This document shows positions 44,910 through 53,503 of a DNA stretch of 64,000 bases, in pieces. The notes beneath the pieces are model-generated. The model was not told where the DNA came from, ran no database searches, and saw only the letters and a list, made by a program, of their open reading frames with translations. The DNA is from an uncultured Gammaproteobacteria bacterium (GTDB lineage: Bacteria; Patescibacteriota; Microgenomatia; CAYXHB01; CAZYTL01). The translations under genes were made by a program, and so were the position numbers. The stretch's first letter is position 1. Each line of letters begins with the position of its first letter. The stretch is taken from NCBI GenBank assembly GCA_964650355.1, contig CAZYTL010000006.1:11019-75018 (forward strand). Direction: 5' to 3'.

Positions 44910-45908
44910 ATGGGCAAGAGAAGCAGCAAGGTATTCATCGTCACCAATGAAGATGACCCTCACGTTGACTCGTTAACCCCTCAATTGCAAGCACTGGGTG
45001 CGGAAGTTTTTAGATTTGATACTGAATACTTCCCCACAAAGATAAAGATCAATTTGCAATATACGAGTGGAGACTTGAACGGGGTAATAGAGTGGCCTAC
45101 TGCGAGAGCTAACTTATTTGAGTTTACGAGTGTTTGGTATAGAAGGCCTGTTCGAGGAAAAATATCTAATGAGATTACTAACCCCATTTACAAAAAATTA
45201 GCTAATTCAGAGACAGAGCAATTCTTGTTGCAATTATGGAACGTGATGTTTGAAAAAGGAGTTTTTTTTGTCAGTCCTTGGCAATCCTTGGAAATTGGCG
45301 AAAGGAAACTAGGGCAATTGAAGGTGGCCTCAAAACTGGGAATGCGCACTCCTCAAACACTAGTCACTAACAATATTGATGAGGCAAAAGGATTTTGTAA
45401 ATTTTTAAATAATGATGTGGTGGTTAAGCACATTAGATCCACTTCTTTTATTGATAGCGGACGCAGGCGTCTTTGGTTGGCCACCAAGCATTTGTCTGCT
45501 CAACATTTAAAAAATGTTAGCTATATAAAATACGCCCCTTCCTTTTTGCAAGAGAATATTCACAAAAAATATGATATTAGAGTGACGGTGATTGGTAAAA
45601 AGGTATTTGCGGTTAAAATTGACAGCCAACAATATGAGGACACTAAAATCGATTGGAGGTTTGCAGAACACTCAGAAAGTTTAAAATATGAAGTGATTAA
45701 GTTGCCACAGAGGGTGACAAATTTTTGTTTACAACTAGTCGAGTATTATAAGCTGGCGTTTGGAGCCATTGATTTGGCATTATCTGAAAATGATGAGTAT
45801 GTATTTTTTGAAATAAACCCTAATGGACAATTTCTTTGGCTTGATGATAAAACTGATTTGCAATTGGGAAAAGAGATGGCAAAATTTCTAATACGTGGCA
45901 AAATGTAA
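44910..45908 (+). CDS. ATP-grasp RiPP macrocyclase (microviridin MdnC/MvdD family, graspetide maturase)
   Basis: VFRFDTEYFPTKIKINL, SVWYRRP, PSFLQENI...IRVTVIGKKVFAVKIDSQQYEDTKIDWR and FGAIDLAL...YVFFEINPNGQFLWL track MdnC-family motifs along the whole length. Confidence 0.7.
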   Translation: MGKRSSKVFIVTNEDDPHVDSLTPQLQALGAEVFRFDTEYFPTKIKINLQYTSGDLNGVIEWPTARANLFEFTSVWYRRPVRGKISNEITNPIYKKLANSETEQFLLQLWNVMFEKGVFFVSPWQSLEIGERKLGQLKVASKLGMRTPQTLVTNNIDEAKGFCKFLNNDVVVKHIRSTSFIDSGRRRLWLATKHLSAQHLKNVSYIKYAPSFLQENIHKKYDIRVTVIGKKVFAVKIDSQQYEDTKIDWRFAEHSESLKYEVIKLPQRVTNFCLQLVEYYKLAFGAIDLALSENDEYVFFEINPNGQFLWLDDKTDLQLGKEMAKFLIRGKM

Positions 45909-45910
45909 CT

Positions 45911-47002
45911 ATGTCTGAAAATAACCCATCTACTACTGCAGAGATGCGCTTGCAAATTCCTCTGAAAGGAAAACTGGCTAAGACGGCACAGGATGCTGAG
46001 TCGCCGATTCACTTTGTAGGCAAGAGGCTGGCAGAGAAAGTGGGGGCAAAATTCAGTTTCACAAGTGAAAAAGGAGGCGAAAAAATGAAAATGGGTTCTT
46101 TTTTTGCGGAAATGCTCGAATATGATGGAAAAGAGCAAGTGCCGGAGAGTGACGCCCCGCCGGAAGAATGGAACACCTTTATGAATACATACTTTCAGGA
46201 GTTGGCCGAAAATCCAGACACAGTTAGATTATTCCGCGCTGAAAGATATGGAGAGGGAAAAGTTCCCCGGTTATTGGAAATGCATTTGCCGCCGATGCCA
46301 AAAACTAAAGAGGGCTACCGAGATTTCCTGAGGTCCAGGCATCTATTGGCTGGATTACTAGCCGCGTATCAGCAGGAAATTGTGATGATGGTAGGAGTTA
46401 CCAGAATTATGGATGAATCTGTAATAAAACCTGACCATGAAAGAAGGTTGGGCTTTAATTTCAGTAAAATTGAATTAGACAAACTCGATACCAAACATAG
46501 ATTAGCACAACGAATGATAGCGAAATCACCTAACTTGCCACATAAAGATTTACCAATAAAGGGTATTTATATGCCGACGAAAGAATTTTTAGAAAGGGAT
46601 GAGGTGAGTCTGGCGACAGACGAAGAAGGCTGGTTTTTGCAAGCGGGTCCGGTGAAATTTAATTTTTATAAAGCAGGTGAACTAGACATGGAACGTTTAA
46701 GTGCTGATGAGCCGTCCGATAATGTGGACGAAATTGAGGTGGAAATGCCTGGAAATATTAATGAAATAAGTGCAAAAGATAGAGAAAGAGCAAAGTATGT
46801 ACTGGCTGGGTTTTTAAGAAATTTATTACTAGTAGGGACGGTTTCAATGGTCGTAGACGCTGAGAATCCTGACCAAATCCAATTGGCAAAGGATTTGGGG
46901 ATGAAGAGGGGACGGCGTGAAGGGGAAGGTAAAATCAGACTACAGACTACGAGGGCCCTTTTGGAAGAGGAGTGTTATGTACCAACGGGAGAATTCAAGT
47001 AA
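45911..47002 (+). CDS. hypothetical protein, third gene of the graspetide-like operon
   Basis: 363-aa ORF starting 3 nt after the ATP-grasp stop. No TM segment and no recognised family. Confidence 0.5.
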   Translation: MSENNPSTTAEMRLQIPLKGKLAKTAQDAESPIHFVGKRLAEKVGAKFSFTSEKGGEKMKMGSFFAEMLEYDGKEQVPESDAPPEEWNTFMNTYFQELAENPDTVRLFRAERYGEGKVPRLLEMHLPPMPKTKEGYRDFLRSRHLLAGLLAAYQQEIVMMVGVTRIMDESVIKPDHERRLGFNFSKIELDKLDTKHRLAQRMIAKSPNLPHKDLPIKGIYMPTKEFLERDEVSLATDEEGWFLQAGPVKFNFYKAGELDMERLSADEPSDNVDEIEVEMPGNINEISAKDRERAKYVLAGFLRNLLLVGTVSMVVDAENPDQIQLAKDLGMKRGRREGEGKIRLQTTRALLEEECYVPTGEFK

Positions 47003-47499
47003 TTAAAGTGGAGTGGTTTATTCGCGGGATAAAGGTGGGAATGGGTGTTAGGGAGAGAGTGAAGATAACTAAACCAGAAATAAGAAGCACACTTAATTTT
47101 TGTATATTTAACCCAAGTTCGCTTTCTAAGCGTACAGGGACTTTAGATTCTTTAACTTTAGGAGCTACTCCTAAGAGGGTTATCTCTTCTTTGTTTTTTC
47201 CCTTCCTTGCCACGCTCCTCCTGTCTTTTTTGATGTTGTTGATCGATTGTTCTCCTAGCTGCTCCTCTGGGTCGAAAGGGGTCAAATTGTCTATTAAATC
47301 CTGACATATCTTCACGCATTGACCATCACCTCCTTTCTAGTAATGATTATATTACGTGAGTTTGAGACTAATGGCAAATTGAGTCGAAAGAATGGGAGAA
47401 GAGAGTTGTTAAAGGAATATTCAGTTGGGTGATGGGAATGAGGTATTGAAGTGATTGACGAAGGATTCTATGTGGTGGATTGGGGCAGTTCTATTTGAC

Positions 47500-49488
47500 C
47501 TATACTGGGATGCCTGGAGGAGGTGGTGCGGTAACTGCTTTGATTCGTTCTAGTCGCTTTTTGTCTTTGAAGGCGGCGGTTAATGTCTGTCCTAATTCCT
47601 GAGCATCATGAGCAAGGGTTGATTTCTCGGTTACTTTTCCAGCAGCGGTTTCTGTCGTAGGAACAATTTTTTCGACAGCTTTTTCAGCCAGACCTGGTTC
47701 GGGCGCGTTTAATTTTTGGAGCGTATTATCTACAATTCGATAGCCGATAAGAGCTGGTTGTTGTGCTTGGCGTAAACCATCGTTAACCCGTTCATCAACA
47801 TCGTGGGTGCCTCTAAGTAAGGCAACTACTGACATGACTGCGATACTTTCGGCTTCAAGCTGCGTTGCTCCAGCATGTTCAGATGCGGCACTAAGGAGAT
47901 GGATAATTTCTAGCCCGTGATGGCTTTGCATCCAAGAAGCCCAATGATCGTAAGCGAGACCGTTCGCAAAACGGATGGCTTCATTGATATCGGGATGCTC
48001 GCTAATTCTTCCCGGAATAACTTGCCTTTTCTTGCCTCCTTCTGGCTGATAATCTGGTGCAGCGGCAGCCAGTTCTCTTACAGAATCGCCAACTTGATCA
48101 AGAGCGTCGCTTCCTAATTTATCACTGTTGTCATTAACGACTCTGACTTCCACAGATGCAGCATAAAGAGAAAGTGCTCTTTTGGCCACTTCTTGGGCAT
48201 GATTCCTAGCTTCAGGTGATTTTATACCTTCAGGCCCGAGTAACTTTTCAACGTTGGCAGGATCGGCCAGAAATTCTGCGGCTTTTACGGATGAGAAACC
48301 TTCAGTGTCGGGTTCCTTTTTACTTTCTAAACCGTCTTCGAGAGCTCCGGCTAGATAAGCGATGGCTGTCATTTGATCTTTTAATTGTTGTTGTTCTGCG
48401 AGCTTTTCTCCATTTCGTTTGTCGTTTTCATCCAATTTAGTGGGGCGCATCATGACTTCGGTTTCTCTCTGGGTGAACCATTCCTTTAACACTCCTTGAC
48501 TTCTCTCAAATCTTGCTCCGGTAAGCGGGACAACCTTGATAGCTTCTTGGGATAATAGGCGCATGCGTTTGAGTTCCGCCTGGTCGGCTCCTATTCTTCC
48601 TTGTCTATCGGCTAAATCTATTAAAGGGACATTGTCGGCTGTATCCGGATCCTTATCAATATAGGTAGCCATTCTAACTCGTTCTGCAGGCAGTTCATGC
48701 ACCGGATCGAGTTTAGCCTCAGAGAGAGGAGAATTTTCACCACTGAGAAAGATGCGATAGAATGCCATCCTGGTCGTATCTACCGTTCTGGCTACTTGAT
48801 CAGAATCTTTTATTTTGATTTCTTTCAGGCCTTGGCGACAATCAGCGACAAGCTTGGCTTCTTTACTAGCAATTGTGCCTTCAACAATGGTCTTCCAGCG
48901 ATTATTGAGCTCGGCTCTCGCAATACCAGATTCAGGAGAGAGGGTGTAGGTGGCCACAAATTCGTTGACAGCTTGGCTGTTATCAACAGCATTAGCTACA
49001 GTACCTTCAAGTTCACCTGCGCGTTCTTTCTGAAGGATAGCTATCACGTCCTCTTCGGCGGCGCGATAAGCTTGACGGTAGGCTTCAATCTTACCTTGAT
49101 ACCCCTCAAGTTGATGCGCGAGCTGGCCGTACCGTTTTTCCCCATTTAGTTCTACGAGTCTTTGATCCTTTTCTTGCCTAAGTTGTTGTTCATAACGTGC
49201 TTGTGCCTCTTGAGGATCTGCAGGCTCAGCGAGGGTGGCCCGATTAGCACCATTCAGCTGGTCGAGGATACGTAAATTGCGAAGAGCGGTTTCTGCTCCA
49301 AGTTTAAATATGTCAACTTCATGTGGTTGCGTAAGGGCGTCAAAGGCAGCGCCGGCTGCTGTTTCTAATTGTGGACTGGTAGCCTCAGGCTGAGGTGCAA
49401 GTCTGGTTATTTTGAATTCCTCTGTTGTTTCTGTGGGTGTTTCGGACATCTTGAGTGTGAGTATGGCTGAAAAGGGGAATTGTGTCAA
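47500..49488 (-). CDS. large hypothetical protein (662 aa)
   Basis: Long ORF (start possibly at the internal MSETPTE). Helical, with no recognised motif. Co-oriented with 49510-50124. Confidence 0.5.
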   Translation of the reverse strand: MTQFPFSAILTLKMSETPTETTEEFKITRLAPQPEATSPQLETAAGAAFDALTQPHEVDIFKLGAETALRNLRILDQLNGANRATLAEPADPQEAQARYEQQLRQEKDQRLVELNGEKRYGQLAHQLEGYQGKIEAYRQAYRAAEEDVIAILQKERAGELEGTVANAVDNSQAVNEFVATYTLSPESGIARAELNNRWKTIVEGTIASKEAKLVADCRQGLKEIKIKDSDQVARTVDTTRMAFYRIFLSGENSPLSEAKLDPVHELPAERVRMATYIDKDPDTADNVPLIDLADRQGRIGADQAELKRMRLLSQEAIKVVPLTGARFERSQGVLKEWFTQRETEVMMRPTKLDENDKRNGEKLAEQQQLKDQMTAIAYLAGALEDGLESKKEPDTEGFSSVKAAEFLADPANVEKLLGPEGIKSPEARNHAQEVAKRALSLYAASVEVRVVNDNSDKLGSDALDQVGDSVRELAAAAPDYQPEGGKKRQVIPGRISEHPDINEAIRFANGLAYDHWASWMQSHHGLEIIHLLSAASEHAGATQLEAESIAVMSVVALLRGTHDVDERVNDGLRQAQQPALIGYRIVDNTLQKLNAPEPGLAEKAVEKIVPTTETAAGKVTEKSTLAHDAQELGQTLTAAFKDKKRLERIKAVTAPPPPGIPV

Positions 49489-49509
49489 GCGCCAGCGTGT
49501 CTGATTTAT

Positions 49510-50124
49510 TTAAATCCGGTAATCCATGATAGGCACCAAGGTTCTTTCAACTGGGGAAATAGCCAACCTACCTTCGCTCAATTCGGCGAGAATTTGGGCG
49601 GCATGCAAGACAGCAATGTGGGGTTTTGCCTGATAAGTACAAACGACATCATCAGTCAACCTTTGTTCAGGAGTTCTAGAGTCAAAAGATGGACCTAGAA
49701 ATATATCGACTTTTGGTGATGGCCCAAAATTAAGCCCCTCAAGCTGAAGTCGAGACTGGCTTTCTCTGAGAGCCGTTGTTAATTCTTCATCTGAGACTTT
49801 TTGTTCGTTATTGCGTGCTGTATCTGCTTGGCGAAGAAAGTGCATCATATAATTTCCCATAGTAAGTCTGTATCCTGTCAGAATTAATTGTCTTGCCTGA
49901 TCAGGCGATAAACCGTCTATAGGTAAGTTTCTTTCTAGCTCTCTATGCCTAATGGCACGAGCTTCAGACAAGAATTGATGATCTGTTTCTGAAGAATGAG
50001 TGAATGGGGAGATGTCTGGACACCCAACTCTATCACCGATAAAAGCTCTTACTACCTTTCTGTTCTGATCAATCCAGTAAGAATAAGGTTGAGATCTATT
50101 TTCTCTTGACTTGTTGTTCAACAT
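49510..50124 (-). CDS. hypothetical protein (204 aa)
   Basis: ORF lying 21 nt upstream of the 662-aa gene. No recognised family. Confidence 0.45.
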   Translation of the reverse strand: MLNNKSRENRSQPYSYWIDQNRKVVRAFIGDRVGCPDISPFTHSSETDHQFLSEARAIRHRELERNLPIDGLSPDQARQLILTGYRLTMGNYMMHFLRQADTARNNEQKVSDEELTTALRESQSRLQLEGLNFGPSPKVDIFLGPSFDSRTPEQRLTDDVVCTYQAKPHIAVLHAAQILAELSEGRLAISPVERTLVPIMDYRI

Positions 50125-50499
50125 AGTTGTTTGTTTTTGTTTACGACCTATAGTCTACATTATGGAAGAAGATTTGTCAACTTTTAATTTGTTTCAGATT
50201 TAGATTTGATGTTTTAAGGAAAAATTAATAGTTGACAGGGGAGAAGAAATACAGCATATTAGGGAATTGAAAAGACTTCTTCTGCCCGATGCTTCTTTTC
50301 ACAAGTTTGTACCGATGACACTGATCGGGATCAGCGCAGACGGTATCAATTTTTGTTTATACATAATTAAGGTAATTTACTTCACTGGCCGCAATCGGAG
50401 GTGATTGTCTGGAATTAGGAATTATGAATTAGGGGATAGTTGTTGATTGATTCATGATTCTTGATTCATAATTTCATAATTCTTTTTTCGACTTTTATG

Positions 50500-51921
50500 A
50501 ATTCGAGATTCAGACTCATCAGCAGCGTGCTAGTGATCGGGGTAATCATCGCAGCAGTTTTGGGCGCAAGCAGCGCCTTTTTTAGTGACAAAGAAACGAG
50601 TCCTGACAACACGCTGGTGGCCGGAGCAGTGGATTTGAAGATTGATAACACGAGTTATTACAACGGAGAACCTTCTCCGGACACGAGTTGGACTTTGAAT
50701 GATTTGACGGATCAGTTGTTTTTTAATTTCTTGGACGTGAAGCCAGGGGACAGGGGAGAGGACACGATTTCTTTGCATGTGGATGACAATGACGCCTGGG
50801 CGTGCATGAATGTGGAGTTGACCAAGGATGATGACGCGACTTGTACTGAACCGGAACAAATAGATGATCCCACGTGTGATGAACCGGATGAGCCGGAAGA
50901 TTTGTGGGACGGAGAACTGGGAGGGTTGATTAATTTTATTTTCTGGGGTGATGACGGAGACAATGTGTTGGAGCAAGACGAAACTGATTTGGTATTTAAG
51001 GAAGGCACGGCGTCAGCGGTGCTGGCCAATGGGGTATGGAAGCTGGCTGATTCAACAGGCAATATCTGGGATGAGTTTCAGCATCCTCTGCAGGGAGGCA
51101 AGGATTATTACATTGGCAAGGCCTGGTGTTTGGGCCAGCTGACTGAAGCGCCTCTGGAGCAAGACGGCAAAGGGGCGGATAGCGACAGAACACCCGCGAA
51201 TTCCACAGGCGGAGTGCTTTGTGACGGGTCAGGATTGAACAACGCGGCGCAGTCTGATATTTTGATGGCCAATATCGGGTTTTCTGCGATTCAGTCCAGG
51301 CACAACCCGGACTTTACCTGCGGGGAAAACGGGGGAGAGCCGTGCTTTAAGAAGGCTGATTTGATGTTGGTATTGGATCGGTCAGGCAGCATCAATGATA
51401 CAGAATTGGCAACGTTGAAGACGGCGGCCAAAGCGTTTGTGGATGCGCTGGCATTGTCTGCTAATGGCCCGCATGCCGGGGAGGTGAGTTTTGCGACCAC
51501 GGCCAATCTGGACCAGCACTTGACTGATAATCCGGCATCAGTGAAGGCGGTGATTGACGCTCTGGTGCACAACGGGTTTACTGATTTGAAAGACGCGCTT
51601 GATCTGGCTACCGGAGAGCTGGCCAATCCGGGAGACTTACATGACAGACCTGACCTTGAATCACCTGATTATATTATTTTGATTACTGATGGGAATCCGA
51701 ACCGGCCAGACCCGAACACAGCAGTGGCTGAGGGAAGTGCGGCGGCGACCGCGGCTAAGAATGCAGGGATCACGATTTATGTGGTAGGAGTGGGAAGTGA
51801 TGTGGACACGGCTTATTTGCGGGATGATATTGCCACCGACCCGGCGCACTATTTCGCAGCAAATGATTTTGGAGATTTGTCAACGATCCTGGCAACGATA
51901 GCCCAGTGCCCGAATGAATAG
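50500..51921 (+). CDS. TasA/camelysin-like protein with SipW-cognate signal peptide and C-terminal vWA domain
   Basis: The N-terminus (MNSRFRLISSVLVIGVIIAAVLGASSAFFSDKETSPDNTLVAGAVDLKIDN) matches the SipW-cognate signal class. The C-terminal MIDAS motif (VLDRSGSINDTE...ILITDGNPN...IYVVGVGSD) indicates a vWA domain. The start at 50500 is chosen over 50461 by comparison with the two paralogs. Confidence 0.7.
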   Translation, partial: NSRFRLISSVLVIGVIIAAVLGASSAFFSDKETSPDNTLVAGAVDLKIDNTSYYNGEPSPDTSWTLNDLTDQLFFNFLDVKPGDRGEDTISLHVDDNDAWACMNVELTKDDDATCTEPEQIDDPTCDEPDEPEDLWDGELGGLINFIFWGDDGDNVLEQDETDLVFKEGTASAVLANGVWKLADSTGNIWDEFQHPLQGGKDYYIGKAWCLGQLTEAPLEQDGKGADSDRTPANSTGGVLCDGSGLNNAAQSDILMANIGFSAIQSRHNPDFTCGENGGEPCFKKADLMLVLDRSGSINDTELATLKTAAKAFVDALALSANGPHAGEVSFATTANLDQHLTDNPASVKAVIDALVHNGFTDLKDALDLATGELANPGDLHDRPDLESPDYIILITDGNPNRPDPNTAVAEGSAAATAAKNAGITIYVVGVGSDVDTAYLRDDIATDPAHYFAANDFGDLSTILATIAQCPNE

Positions 51922-51932
51922 AGAATCGTTGT

Positions 51933-51960
51933 GCGTTTCGACGTTTCACGTTTCAACGTT
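51933..51960. repeat. GAAACG/CGTTTC-heptamer repeat block flanking the four-helix-bundle gene (left)
   Basis: gcgtttcgacgtttcacgtttcaacgtt. A direct copy is at 52350-52379 and an inverted copy at 52390-52431. Confidence 0.5.
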
Positions 51961-51987
51961 GGTGGTTTTTGTGTTTAAAAGTTATTT

Positions 51988-52305
51988 ATGTCTAGTTCGT
52001 ATCAAGAATTGGATGTGTGGAAGCTTGGTGTAGAACTAGCAGTGTTGGTATATAGAGTAACCAGTCAATTTCCTCAACATGAATTGTACGGCCTCACCAG
52101 TCAAATGCGCAGAGCCTCGGTAGCCGTGGCTTCGAACATTGCGGAAGGTCAAGGCCGGGGATCGAGGAAGGAATTTCGACAATTTTTAAGGATTGCATTT
52201 GGTTCGCTTTTAGAATTAGAAACTCAAGTCGTAATAGCTGAAAGAATTGGATATTTAAATCAAGCTGAGAAGGATAAAATTTTGGAGATGAGCTTGAGGG
52301 TTTAG
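51988..52305 (+). CDS. four-helix-bundle protein (23S rRNA intervening-sequence protein/Avd-like family)
   Basis: ELDVWKLGVELAVLVYRVTSQFPQHELYGLTSQMRRASVAVASNIAEG...EFRQFLRIAFGSLLELETQVVIAER is the family signature. Confidence 0.75.
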   Translation: MSSSYQELDVWKLGVELAVLVYRVTSQFPQHELYGLTSQMRRASVAVASNIAEGQGRGSRKEFRQFLRIAFGSLLELETQVVIAERIGYLNQAEKDKILEMSLRV

Positions 52306-52348
52306 CAAATGATTTTTAAGTTAGAAAAATCTTTAATAAAGTAAAGTA

Positions 52349-52433
52349 AGCGTTGCACGTTTCTCGTTTTTCGTTTCGGCATTCGATCGCGAAACTTAAC
52401 GATGAAACGTTGAAACGAGAAACGCGAAACGTT
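52349..52433. repeat. right-hand direct + inverted GAAACG-type repeat block after the four-helix-bundle gene
   Basis: gcgttgcacgtttctcgtttttcgtttcgg followed by cgaaacttaacgatgaaacgttgaaacgagaaacgcgaaacg. Together they form a long imperfect hairpin. Confidence 0.5.
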
Positions 52434-52454
52434 TTAGAGAGGAGGTGAGAAAAA

Positions 52455-53327
52455 ATGCAAAAGAGAATTTTATTCAGTTTGATGATTATCGGCATTGTCG
52501 GAGCAGTAGTGTTCGGAGCCACCAGAGCGTTTTTCAGCGACACAGAAACGTCATATGATAATACTTTTGTGGCCGGAGATATTGACTTGCAAATTGACAA
52601 TGAAAGTTACGCCATTGACTACAACATCCCCCAGTATGACGGGACGCCGGTCGGCGCGTTGGTATTGAGCGGACTTACCTCATGGCCGATGGGGGATCTA
52701 GATCTTGAGAAGTTTTTCGACTTTAGAGACCTGAAGCCAGGGGACTACGGCGAAGATACCATTTCCGTGCACGTGGGCAGCAATAATGCCTGGTTGTGCG
52801 CCGCAGCGCAAATCACTGATGATTCAGACCAGACCTGTACAGAACCAGAGTTAGAGGATGATGCCAATTGTGCTGAACCCGGAGAAGGATTGGGCGAACT
52901 TGATGAAGGAGTCAATTTCGCTTTCTGGGTTGATGATGGGGACAACGTGCTTGAATCAGACGAAAAAGGATCGATCTTCCTTAACGGTCCGCTAAGCGGA
53001 TTAAGCGAAGCCGGGCAGATCGCACTGGCTGATTCAGAGCACAGCATCCTAGGCGGTAATGAACCTATTCCCGGAGGAACGACCTTTTATATCGGGAAAG
53101 CCTGGTGCTTTGGAAACCTAACCCCAGATCCAGTTGAACAAGGCGAAGGTGGTCCACTAGATCGGGAAACAACCGGATTTAACTGCGATGGTTCCCAAGT
53201 GAAAAATGCGGCCCAGACCGATCAGGTGGTGGGCGATTTGCAGTTCTACGCAGAACAGTCCCGCAACAATGGTCAATTCCTGTGCAGCAATTGGACGCCA
53301 AACTGGGAGCGGCCAGAAGAACCTTAG
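52455..53327 (+). CDS. TasA/camelysin-like protein with SipW-cognate signal peptide
   Basis: MQKRILFSLMIIGIVGAVVFGATRAFFSDTETSYDNTFVAGDIDLQIDN, and blocks shared with its paralogs (KPGDYGEDTISVHV, TCTEPE, YYIGKAWCFG). A GGAGG SD is present. Confidence 0.7.
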   Translation: MQKRILFSLMIIGIVGAVVFGATRAFFSDTETSYDNTFVAGDIDLQIDNESYAIDYNIPQYDGTPVGALVLSGLTSWPMGDLDLEKFFDFRDLKPGDYGEDTISVHVGSNNAWLCAAAQITDDSDQTCTEPELEDDANCAEPGEGLGELDEGVNFAFWVDDGDNVLESDEKGSIFLNGPLSGLSEAGQIALADSEHSILGGNEPIPGGTTFYIGKAWCFGNLTPDPVEQGEGGPLDRETTGFNCDGSQVKNAAQTDQVVGDLQFYAEQSRNNGQFLCSNWTPNWERPEEP

Positions 53328-53450
53328 GACTAACCTAGAACCTGAGTGTCTACCGAGCTCTCCTGTCCGATCTGAAGATCAGAGCCGGAGATTCGGTGGG
53401 CAGTCAGAGGTGCGAAGTGTAAGGCTTCGCGCTTGTGACTGCCCCTCCAA
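53322..53450 (+). repeat. repeat family B copy (CCTTAG.AACCT...CCGAGCTCTCCTGTCC...GCCGGAGATTCGGTGGGCA)
   Basis: Read directly from the sequence. A second copy is at 55430-55545. Confidence 0.4.
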
Positions 53451-53503
53451 AATGTTTCCAGGTTTTTATTAGCTGTTATCTGCTCGGAAGGAGGTGTATG
53501 TAA

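Noticed and set aside
46972-47315. Overlapping small ORFs on both strands (110 aa plus, 106 aa minus) in the 47000-47500 intergenic region
   Set aside because: They are mutually exclusive. The minus ORF needs a GTG start 13 nt from an AGGAGG, and neither has a recognisable domain. They are left unannotated, and the region may instead hold regulatory or RNA elements.
50461-50499. N-terminal extension of the first TasA-like gene (MIHNFIILFSTFM)
   Set aside because: Its paralogs begin directly with the M-K/N-basic-hydrophobic signal peptide. The extension is encoded by the ATTCAT-rich repeats of the upstream regulatory region.
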